DNA of 64,000 bases from Iphione sp. A-MEVVRFRX5 (taxonomy: Eukaryota), in NCBI GenBank assembly GCA_976226885.1, contig OZ320314.1, positions 40,486,001 through 40,550,000 on the forward strand. Direction: 5' to 3'. A model generated the notes under the pieces. That model did not search any database. It had not been told where the DNA came from and was given only the letters and a program-made list of their open reading frames with translations. Below, one piece after another: positions 11,723 to 22,446 of the stretch (positions are counted from its first letter, which is position 1; every line of letters begins with the position of its first letter). The translations under genes and the position numbers were made by a program.

Positions 11723-11804
11723 ATGGGATCCATCTACAACACAACTCAGTTACTGGATCGCCTCCTTAACAATTATGACCGCCGTCTTCGTCCCGGCTTC
11801 GGAG
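11723..11804 (+). CDS. LGIC exon A (5' boundary uncertain; candidate acceptors give starts at 11686, 11705 or 11711)
   Basis: [28 protein letters not shown], donor GTATGT at 11805. Confidence 0.85.
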
Positions 11805-14800
11805 GTATGTCACTGATGCTTCACTGTAAAAACATTTTAGATATAAACCCATTTTGTCTGACATTTTTACATATAAATGTACTACTGTAACATACATACG
11901 TGTTTAATGAAATGAGTGGATCGATGTCTACCTTGTTGACGTCTATTTTCATGGGTCCTAATTATATAATGTATACATAAGGATTTGATAAGGGATCGAC
12001 TGAAATCTGTATTGCAGAAAATTATTATTTTCTTCAGGGCCTCCAACAATGGTTGACGTTAATCTCAACATCAGGAGTATGGGACCAATAACAGAGAAAG
12101 ACATGGTATTGCGAAATGGAAATAAATTGGACTCCATTTAACTACCCTTACACAGTTTGTGATTATCTCATGTTGCTTAATTTGAATGAAATTTCCTAGA
12201 CATGTGCAGATTAGGTATTTGTTCCTTCCTAATTGACCGATCAATCGGAGGGTTAGACATTGTCAAACTTCACCTATGTTTGACTCCTGGCGCCGCTGAA
12301 ACATTTTCTAGCTAAAGAACCCTAGATGCAAAGTAAAAGGTTAAAATATACAAGAGTTTTATTGGCTGCAGCACAAAACAGATGGTTGGACAAAGCCACC
12401 CATGCAGTGACAGGTCAATGCGATGTATTTTAACCGTATTGCCCCCTACACTCAAATACATTAAATCCAAATCACATTCGCAGACGTACAAGATGGACTG
12501 CTACTTCCGTCAGAGTTGGGTGGACCGGCGTCTGGCGTTCGTGGGTGTTCAGCGCACCCTAACGGTCAGCATCAACCTTCTTGAGAGAATGTGGAAACCC
12601 GACACACACTTTCACAACGGTCGTGCTTCCTACCTGCACACCGTTACAACGCCCAACAAACTATTGCGAATCAACAGAGACGGTCGCATCCTTTACTCAA
12701 TGAGGTCAGTAACACTGACAGACAATAAAAGGCTGGTTTTCAATCAGAGTCTGAAGTATGCATGTGTACAGCACATGTGTGAGCAAGTCGGTCAATCACT
12801 TTCACAGCTCTTCATGGATGGTCCCGCTTGGAGTGTTAGCATGTGTGCAAGCAATCTGTGTCTCACTCTCTCGCTGGCTCGCTCGCTGGCTTGCTCTCTC
12901 TCCCTCTCTTTCTGCATGCTGACTTAAAAATTCCATGGACTTCAGTCTATTTCATCTACATTTCTATGTAGTATTGTGCTACAGTACACTACTGGCATAT
13001 GCTACTGGTGCATTTTCACACTCTTATGCACTTCTTGATTACATGTAGATATTGAGTATGATACTTATATTTTATCCTAAAAGTACACTTGATTTTAGCA
13101 AAGGATTTACTGTAGGTACCCATATAGGTTAGTTACATGTAGGAGGATCAAATCTACCCTCCTTGTCGGTCTGAGGGGATGCCACCAGTCTGGTAAGAAC
13201 GGATGATAGTTCCCTTTTCCTTGCTGAACAGGCGATATCATGTCTTGATGGGAATTTTATCAAAAAGAAAAAATAAATATGAGAATGGAAGGAAGAATTA
13301 TCATATATATTGTTACAAAATATCATAAATGGACAGTATTAATCGATCCTTTTATGCTGCTAGTTATTTCTCACCAATGCAAAAATTGAGGTAATCATAC
13401 ACACATAGACACTCATGTGTACACTAATCATGATGTAAACAGGTAGATACATGTACTACCAAAACCTTCCAGTTGCCATGTCGTAAACCAAAAGTACAGG
13501 CCAGAACACTTGACCAGATGCTGAAAGCCTTGTATCTGTTAATTATCAACAGTATGTCTCTCACCAGGTGTCATTGTTCTCATCTCTATACAAACGGTTG
13601 AATATTGCAACCCACTCTATATAATATTTATTTTAATAAATTTTGACTGACAACATTCTTGTTTTTTCCAGGTTAACAGTACAGGCCAGTTGTCCTATGC
13701 ATCTTCAAAAATTCCCTATGGACACGCAAGTTTGCCCCCTGTCCTTTGGAAGTCGTGAGTGATGTCATAGCCCTCTTATGCCCTGATACTCAGAACTAGG
13801 AACAGTGATTCATTTTTGAGAGAAAAGAGACAGAATTAAGTCTACAAATCCATGTCTCTGCTCTTCCGGACGTCTCCCTTTCTTGCTAGTCCCATTGTTG
13901 TGAGTATCAGAGAGATTCCATTGCATTACTCTTACGTTTTCCTTTATTTTCTTCGTTTTGAAAGATGGCTACACCATAAAAGAAGTGGTATACAAGTGGA
14001 CCTATGGTGATCACAACTCCATACGCATGTCGTCCGATATGCGGCTCTCTCAGTTCGACCTCATAGGGTATCCAGCCCATTCGGCTAACATGACTGTCAT
14101 CAAGGGTAAGCACCCGCCACCTCTATGAGGACTACCATTATTTGACTTAAATATGATTAATTCATTATTGTATATTTTGCGATTCACTTGATGTGCAACA
14201 AGCACATGCGTTTGCGTGATCGTTTCACTGGGTAAATAATATTTTGTTTTGATGGAAGGGTATGTTGGAATTCGTAATTGAACCCAGTAAATATATATCA
14301 ACTGAACATAATTGACCGTGGACGAAATATGCATGCCTGGATATCGTACGGTATATTACAACAGATGCATTGCTTCTATATAACCAAAGGTGCGGAATGT
14401 TGTTTCATAACTGTCACTGTATCTGTCATCTCTTGATATTTTCCCTGCCAAACGTTGTATAACTGATTGAACTTGTGTGAATTCACACCTACTGCTGAAG
14501 GCATAGGGTATATGAACGGCAAGCAACACTTGAATGGTATGTACAGAATGCAATGCAGAAGCTGGTTTGAATATGTAACACGGATTTAAGCAGAAATAAC
14601 ATTGAAAATAGATGTACCATAAGGCTGTCTGTAGAGTACTTTTCTTTTTCCTACACATGAAGCACACGTTCTGCTAAAACACACGTAGATGCCCCTTCTG
14701 ATTATTCTCCATATTTACTTGGATCATTTGCAGTCTTTCATAGATATAATGTATATCTTATATACTCGTACTAGATGTACAGTCCGTTATCTTTGTATAT

Positions 14801-17800
14801 ACAAATTCATTATTTTAGGAGTATACTTGAACATATTAGCGTTAAAGGAAGGTATTCGCTTAAAACACATTTGAGTTGGGAAAAAGGAAGTACCGATGTA
14901 ATCAATAATCTTCGACGTATGTTTTTCTGGGTTCTCATAAACAAGGTTTCCTTGTGTACCACGAGCCCACCCTTGCCTCCGGTATGTGCCAATCGTATAT
15001 ATACAGCCACATGTATTTATAGACTCAATTCTAATGATATCACCGAATTAATATTCTAATGATATCATCAAATTCAATTATCATTACGGGATTGAAATAA
15101 TTTTGAACTTGAGTCCGATTGTGACACATTTATACGATACCTCGAACTTAACTTTGCAAGTTCACATAAAGATACTGCTGTGGGACTTGAACGGCTTGTT
15201 AAATTATTTATAGATTTTCATAGTGATGCCTAACCTTGAAATAATCCGTATGTACCTACACTCACTGTGACCCAGAATTTGCTATATTTTTCTGATCTCT
15301 TTGCAAGAGATATTTTGAGCCGATTTCTCGTTGAAGTGTGAAGTTAAGGCCCTGTACACATGTATCCGTATTTTCTTAAAAGGGATACGGATCCGTGGAC
15401 GTTTTTTATCGGTCCTATAGGACTTGTACTAATCTGTTCACATGTATCCGTTACAAAACGGATATGGACCCCGGTCCGTTTTCCAAACCGTCGGTGACGG
15501 ATTTTTTACAGACCATGGTCCGTTTCTCATAGGCTTCAGTGGTGGAAAAACATCTGATAATCATATGGGAGAGTCTTGAACAAACACAGCAGGAGGTATT
15601 TCACATCGGCGGATCCGTAGCCGTTTTTTTTGTACGGATACATGTGTACACAGCCTAACGGAACAAAAATACATGCAGGTATTGGATAAGGTCAAGTTAA
15701 TGTCTTCTATACATTATGTGATGTATCAGTATCCAAAACCAGAAGGCAATTTTCATATCGTTCAAGATCATTTATCAGTTTACACTGGTGTGAGATCTAT
15801 GGATGAAAGTATCACAAATCTTTGTGACTGCCCTTTGGAATTACGGTCTGGAATTACAATAAACCTAGAGCAAAGGATTCATTTACTATCAAAGTGTTAA
15901 GGAATGGTTCCCAAGCTGGACGACAAATCTCCTTTTCAATCCATCTATTTTCGTAATTTTTTTTTCAGTATACAGATAATTCTGTTTATACTTCCAATTA
16001 GGCTGTGGGAGCCATCTCTTTGTGTGTTGGTATTCGTTTATCTTTTCCCTCATACACTGGGGAGCTGCATAAGCCTTGCCTTTATGTGCATAAACTCTAT
16101 GATAAGTGCATGATAGATGCACAAAAAAGGAAGAAATTGATGGGAAAGGCCGCAAAACAATGGTGAAAATGGTGAAGAAAATGTGAAAAGGGATGAATTT
16201 GACGAAAATCCGTAACAAGCAACAAAAATGATGAGTAAAAACGTGTAAAAAATGAATTTGACGAAAACAACTGGTAAAAATGGCGAAACTAGCAAGGAAA
16301 AGTTCTTGAAAGAATTACTTTGTCTGCAAATGTGCATAAAAGTGTGTAATTGAGGGTGAAAGTGGGTAAATATTGGTAGATCTAAGGGGGAAATACTGTC
16401 TGTTCCCGTTGATGCGTCTTGGAAATTATCAAACAAGTTCGAAAATGAAAAAAGCACACCAAACGCTCACAAATGCCCACACAGGGAAGAAATACCAGCC
16501 ATTGAGAACCACTAGTTCAATAAAAACACACACACAGTTGCACCCTTACACACACGCACAACAACACACGCAAGGAAAATGGGCCGTAAGCTTTCTTGGG
16601 TGTGGATGACACTAAACCATATGCACGTAGTATGTATGCCAAGTGACACAATGCAGTGTCGAAATATTTTCATTCACAAAAAATATGATTGCAATATCAA
16701 TATTACGGGACGCTTATATACATGTAAGCCAATAATTGATATATGAGACCTTTAGCTTTATATGTTCAGTTCTAAGTCGCTTCCTTAAACAACATAGTAA
16801 TTCTTACCCGTATAGCAGGTGCCACATTTACCCACAGTGGTCCAAATGTGAAAAGCTTTCCACATATTTTCCCAGTGGTTTAACACCAAAATGATTGCAT
16901 TTACTGACACTCGTTTGATCTCGTCTCTATTTGCCCAGACTAAACTCGTTCGTTATTTCAGACGCATACTCGCAACTGCGCGTAAAGTTTGTTCTTCGCC
17001 GACATACTGGTTACTTTCTGATCAACGTGTATGTGCCCTGTGCCCTCCTTACCGTACTGTCCTGGGTTGGCTTTTGGATCAACAGAGAAGCAACCGCTGA
17101 TAGGATATCTCTTGGTGAGTGTGAAATCCACACTTCCGCAACCACTTCTTTAAAACAAAGCTCGTTTGTAAAACAAGTACAGGAACCCTTCAGGATTTTG
17201 ATGTCTAGACAATATTGACCTTAACTGTGAGTTTTCCTTCTGTCGGAGGTGGTTATACTACAGCAGATAGGCCTACATCATGGGGACCAGTAAAACTTCC
17301 CCACAATTCTTAAGTTGCCCTCAGGGTGTTTTCCACAGGGTGCTGTACACGAGATTTAGTACTATCGAAGTAAAAGCTGAGTGGTTTGCACACTGAAAAG
17401 TATAATCAGCTGTCTCTGCATCGAGGGCATTATGAAAAGGATGCGTATTTGTTCTTCCTCCACTCCCCAGGTGTCATGGTGGTACTGACGATGGTGTTTC
17501 TTGGCATTGACAGTCGCACCGACCTGCCTAAAGTGTCCTACGCCACGGCCCTTGACTACTACCTACAAACATGCTTTGGATTTGTACTTGCAACGATAAT
17601 ACAGGTCGGTATGTGAATATGTGGGGGCCACCCTGTAGTGAAAGCTGTATGTTGCTACATAGCTTTGTGCTCTTCACAGAGTTAAAACTTCCATTAGATC
17701 AATGAGTCTGTAGAAATTAATTGTATGCATGCCCTAAAATACAATCAATAATACTGTAATGAGGCTACATGTACAGATGTAGATGTTCATGTGCATTACA

Positions 17801-18638
17801 CACAATATAGCCACTTTGCTCATAGACCTTCGTGAATTCCAATCTCTTCTCAGTCCCACCAGATAATTATATAGAGATTTCGATCCAATCTTAACAGTAT
17901 AAACAAAAGCATCGGCACGATATTTTTTCACATTGTCGGTTGTGGTACTATCATTCAGAACCATGTTCCATCTCCTGGTCTACTGTTTAGCATTCAGTCA
18001 GAGTTCCCTTCTTGGTTACAGTTCGCTGCTGTTCACTTCTTCACCAAGAGGGGGAGTGGGGAGGTTCCTGCCATGAAGTGGGAGGAGACATTGTCAGAAG
18101 AGGGCCAGGTGCATTAAATAATTACTCGCTGTTTCTTGAACGTCGATCGAATTATAGGAATTGAAAACGGGTGTATGGAATTGGCCACTTCTATATAAAA
18201 TGTTCTCCCGCAAAGTGTTTGTCTGTGAAACAGAATTTTCAAGTAATATGTTACTATTTTTTCCCCTCCATCTGTCAGCCATTGGTGTCTAGTCACGTGG
18301 TCCGAGCGAAGCATTTGACTGGCGGAGATAGCTGTAACGGTCATCACGAACACCAGCTGGCGCTGAAGCCAGACTGCAGTTCGTCATCCGGTCACCAGGT
18401 GGCCGGAGATCGCTGGGCCGCTTGCCGGAAGTTGCTTCTCGTCGCGCAGGCCTTCCTGTACTGCCTCGGCGGAAGTGCTGCACATCGTCGGCATCCACCC
18501 TCCTTGGCAGGCGACGGAGACGACCGGAATAGCGTGAGCACCGTCGACAGGGCGGCGCGCATTGCATTTCCGGTCCTGTTCATCATTTTCAATGTCTTCT
18601 ATGGAGTGGTGTACGGTACGCAAACGTTAAGCGGGTGA
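11723..18638 (+). CDS. Grd: Cys-loop ligand-gated ion channel subunit, GABA-A alpha/GRD-like; join(11723-11804,12038-12105,12484-12704,13672-13754,13965-14105,16962-17114,17471-17604,18022-18108,18279-18638), 442 aa from Met 11723, N-terminal signal exon unresolved
   Basis: All introns are GT-AG with matching phases (1,0,2,1,1,1,0,0). Exon sizes 68/221/83/141/153 match the conserved GABA-A exon pattern. Motifs: [27 protein letters not shown], Cys-loop [68 protein letters not shown]. These closely resemble insect GRD; orthology is inferred. Confidence 0.9.
12038..12105 (+). CDS. LGIC exon B (68 bp)
   Basis: ttttcttcag acceptor; [23 protein letters not shown]; donor GTATTG. Confidence 0.93.
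12484..12704 (+). CDS. LGIC exon C (221 bp; loops D, A, E)
   Basis: [17 protein letters not shown]...[10 protein letters not shown]...[18 protein letters not shown]; donor GTCAGT. Confidence 0.95.
13672..13754 (+). CDS. LGIC exon D (83 bp; Cys-loop)
   Basis: ttttttccag acceptor; [27 protein letters not shown]; donor GTGAGT. Confidence 0.96.
13965..14105 (+). CDS. LGIC exon E (141 bp)
   Basis: [12 protein letters not shown]...[11 protein letters not shown]...TVIK-G; donor GTAAGC. Confidence 0.93.
15348..15655. mobile_element. PIF/Harbinger-type (Tourist-like) MITE, 308 bp, in LGIC intron 5
   Basis: TAA on both sides (15345-47, 15656-58). TIR GGCCCTGTACACATGTATCCGTA versus the reverse complement of the right end, GGCTGTGTACACATGTATCCGTA. 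Internal CGGATCCGT repeats. Confidence 0.85.
16962..17114 (+). CDS. LGIC exon F (153 bp; loop C, M1, start of M2)
   Basis: [52 protein letters not shown]; donor GTGAGT. Confidence 0.96.
17471..17604 (+). CDS. LGIC exon G (134 bp; M2-M3)
   Basis: ctccccag acceptor; [45 protein letters not shown]; donor GTCGGT. Confidence 0.95.
18022..18108 (+). CDS. LGIC exon H (87 bp)
   Basis: [29 protein letters not shown]; donor GTGCAT. Confidence 0.88.
18279..18638 (+). CDS. LGIC terminal exon (intracellular loop plus M4)
   Basis: Pyrimidine tract plus tgtcag acceptor; ...[36 protein letters not shown]. Confidence 0.9.
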   Translation, partial: PLVSSHVVRAKHLTGGDSCNGHHEHQLALKPDCSSSSGHQVAGDRWAACRKLLLVAQAFLYCLGGSAAHRRHPPSLAGDGDDRNSVSTVDRAARIAFPVLFIIFNVFYGVVYGTQTLSG

Positions 18639-21334
18639 AGAAAGTGGGGCACCAACACTTGCCGCAGACGCAAATGTCGAGCATTTGATGACATTCCGAG
18701 CAGATACCTTAAGACATTATAAAGGGAAAATACCTTCTATCTGCAAGCGTCATGTGAGGGGCAATTCATTTGCTAAACCCTAAAATGAATTGTCTTTCAT
18801 ATATTTCTTTATTGTTCTCCACAATTTTTTTCCGGCATGAATACAAAGCAGACTCCAAAATATTGCGCGGAGAAAACTCCGCTAAAGCTCGGTAGAGAAT
18901 GTATGCTTGGATACTTCCTGTCCATAAGGGAAATGGGATTGCTGCGACTTTGCTAACGGACAGATGTAGGGTGTTTGGCGATGTATGTACATGTATCCAA
19001 TTGCCACGCGTTACCGGACAGCTGCAATTTGATTTGTTGGGTTCACTGGAATAAGCACTGTAATGACTCGAATTCTACAAGCATTGTCACTTTTATACCT
19101 ATATCTTTGAAAAATTGTTGCCTGTCTGGAGACAGATGATTAAAGGCAAGGGAGGGAGAGAAAAGGGGATGGGTATGAAAGCAATCAGTGTCTTCCTAAA
19201 TTGGCAAGCGGTAATTTGATATTGAAACTTTAGTCCTTGATAAAATACGCGGAAAATGTGAAATGTACTGAGTATTTGCATGTACTCCCTTGCATAGACC
19301 ATGCATGCATGATCCAATCATGCCCTAGGGAACCAAACCCGATTAACTTTCTCTCCATATTGAAATTCCAGTCCACGTTAAATATTCAGTCCATATTAAA
19401 CTATACAAAATAACAGGCAGTTTTAGGCACCACACTTTATGCTGTTTTTTAGTGAATTGAAGGTCACATGTTCGGCTTTAGGGCTTGGAGACCAAATCAT
19501 GCGTTGAGTTATAATTTCTTTTTGTAAAATGAATTACGTCACAACATGTACGCTATGTCAACTTTTAGACTATCAGTTCATGCCATTAGAGAAGTGCCAC
19601 GTCCACTTTATTGCTTAGCAGACGTTCCATTCGTGTTTTGAACGTAAAAGAACAGTAGCATTCTCATAAGATATTTTCACTCACGCATACCTATGTAAGA
19701 AAAGACAGGATACCGTTTGAAATGCTTAAAACATCATGTTCAGATTTTTCGTATCAAGTAAATTGACTTAAAAATACAGAATTCATTTCGAATGTATCCT
19801 AGAGTAGGTTGACATGCTTTACCTACAGACATATCATCATATTTATACAGAAACGCAAGCGGGAAAGTGACAAGGTTCCTGACATGAAGTGGGAGGTTAA
19901 ATTCACATGTCCATGACAGTGGATACAATATTTTAACAACACTCACATATAATTCATGTACAAAATTTTGAATGCAAGTTATAAACGCTAGGAGAATGTC
20001 AACTTACGCTTTACAGAAAAAAAAATTTTAAACATAGCAGAAAAACTATTGTTCTCTATACATATCGATATAATTTATACTGGTTCCGTATGAATTAACT
20101 GTGCGTATAAGATCTACATCTGTGTTGCACGTTGCAAGTTGCGCAAATCCATGGCAACAACCACGCGTTGCCAAAGTTGCATTGTGGCACGCGCGCCTTC
20201 CTCAACGTGCGCGTCTCTTAGTTTCGTGGTTGCATATCTCCCTGGCAGGAAACGTACAGTGACTTGGACTTGAGTAAGAAGCAGGAAAACACGAACGTGA
20301 CACTAACTTGCCGTTGAGCATCGGATGAAAAATTTAAAACACCTGATGCCCTTCTACGCAGGAAAAAGAAATGTCTAGTGGTAGACTCGTTCTGTCTTCG
20401 ACTATTTATACATGTTGATGCATTAATATAAAAAATGAACACCTATTTGTGATAAGGTAAATAAACGAATGAATTGTTATGTTCATTGGCTTCTAATATC
20501 TTAAAATACTGTAATAGTGTTTAGAGGAAAAGATAAATTCATTAATATCTAAGGGTATAGAATTATGTTGCGCCTACAGTTAACATCAGCTATGTGAAAG
20601 TGATAACTTTAGCATTGCGATTTCGTGCCAATCCCTACACAAACTAAAACGAAAATAATTCTTCTAGTGTAAAGGCATCTCTCACTTAAAGACCGAATGA
20701 CAGGAGAGACCAGGCTGCAACTGAGACCAGATATTAACAGTATAAGAAAAAACCATAGAGGAGATTAGATGGCAACAGAGAGCAAATTCTTTCAGTCCCA
20801 GAGGTGGTCTCCCATTTTGTACAACATAGGATGTTCTGTGGCTCATAACGATTTACTAGTGGGTGCTAGCTTACTGTATCCGAATCTTTGATTTGTAACT
20901 ACCTACATAACACCAAATTAACTATTTAAAATACATGTATATTAAGTCGAAAATAAATTTTTCTTAAGGAAATCTTAACACGAATACAACTCAAACAGCT
21001 GGCTGAAATCGAAGGTATCTTCATGGTTCCCAATTCTGTCACAAGCAGAACTATGAGGGATGGGGTTTTTATGTATGATTCTCTGTCTGTACGTTACATC
21101 CCTATTGATGTAAATCTCCCAAAATTACATTTTAAGGAACTTATGGAAGAATTATGAATAATATATATTTATAGAGACAATAATTACATTGTTACTATGG
21201 ACATTTCGGTTCGAAGGGTTTAGTAAGACCATATATATAATACGTTGCCTCAAGGCATTCCCCGCCAATCAATACTGATACCAATAAACATATATTGCAC
21301 AACAACTGAAAAAAACTTCCAATATAATAAAGCA

Positions 21335-22446
21335 CTAGAAATATAAAACCATGAGCGTTTCCAATAAAGTAATTGCAAACATGTTGAATGACCAAAAAGA
21401 ACTGTTCTGTATGCTTCCTGTTGATGTAACAGGATCGGCCCCAGGGCAAACGAAGAGTGTGGGATCCCGTTTCGCATGAGGTGGAATTTGGTCGGCGCCC
21501 ATTTTGAGTCCGCGCCGGAAACCACTGACCGTCGAGGGATCGACCCGTGTGAGCAGCCGCTGAGTTTTACCGCCGACCACGTCGACAAACTGCACCGTGT
21601 AGCCGCTACCACTGTCGTCCCCATTGGAGAGATACCACAGTTGGTCCAGCCACGACGCCCCGTACAGCCCGGCCGCCGCCGTGGGTAGAAGGCGCGCCCG
21701 CCCGAGGCGACCGTATCCCAGGTACAACTCACTTCCCTTCCCGCTGCCAGCCATGCCGTCGCCACTGGCGTTTCCGCCCCTGTCACCAATACTACTGTTT
21801 AGGTAAACATGAATGGTGCCAAAACCAAGATGGCGATAGGAGCCGATAAACGTCTCGTCGGGGTAGTCCCCGTAACTACCGATGGAGGGCGCCAGGAGTC
21901 CTGGAACTGACGCAGTCTCATGTCGACCTCTGTCTTTTCTTTCACTCTCCTTGCTGTCCTGTAAGACGCCCTTGTTAGTGGCTTCTCGTTGTCCTTGTCC
22001 TTGTCCTTGTCTGTGTCCGTTGAACGCCGTTCCTAGTTCTGATGCCAACTCCCCATATTCTCCTATGTTTGCCCATCCTTGCAACATGGCCTGCTCCAGT
22101 GTATACTTTGTCAGGAAGTTCTGCTCGTTAACGTCCTCCTGCCTTCTCAGCCGATGCTCTCGCTCCCTCCGCCGTCGACGTCGACGACGGCGGTTACTCC
22201 CGCTTCCTGGACTGGGGCTAGGCACCCAGGGGCTGGGAAAGGTGCAGGCAGTGTTGCGATCGAGCCAGGGCGCCTCCCCCAGCAGTTTGTCGGAGATATA
22301 GGCAGCTATAATCCGGTTAGTGTCTCCTCCTGCGCGGCCGCCGGGTCCGGAGGTGGACAGGAAGACACCGGCCTGAATATCCGGTAAGAGCTGGAGGAGG
22401 GAGATGTAGGTGGAAATGCCACCAGTGTGGTAGAGCTTGTAGTAGC
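21335..22446 (-). CDS. Beta-lactamase-like exon 5 (HTG motif, poly-Arg linker, C-terminal domain, hydrophobic tail)
   Basis: GYYKLYHTGGISTYISLLQLLPDIQAGVFLSTSGP...LLGEAPWLD...TACTFPSPW...FIGSYRHLGFGTIHV...FAITLLETLMVLYF*. Confidence 0.9.

Noticed and set aside
18092-18623. Minus-strand ORFs over the last channel exon
   Set aside because: Shadows of GC-rich coding sequence.
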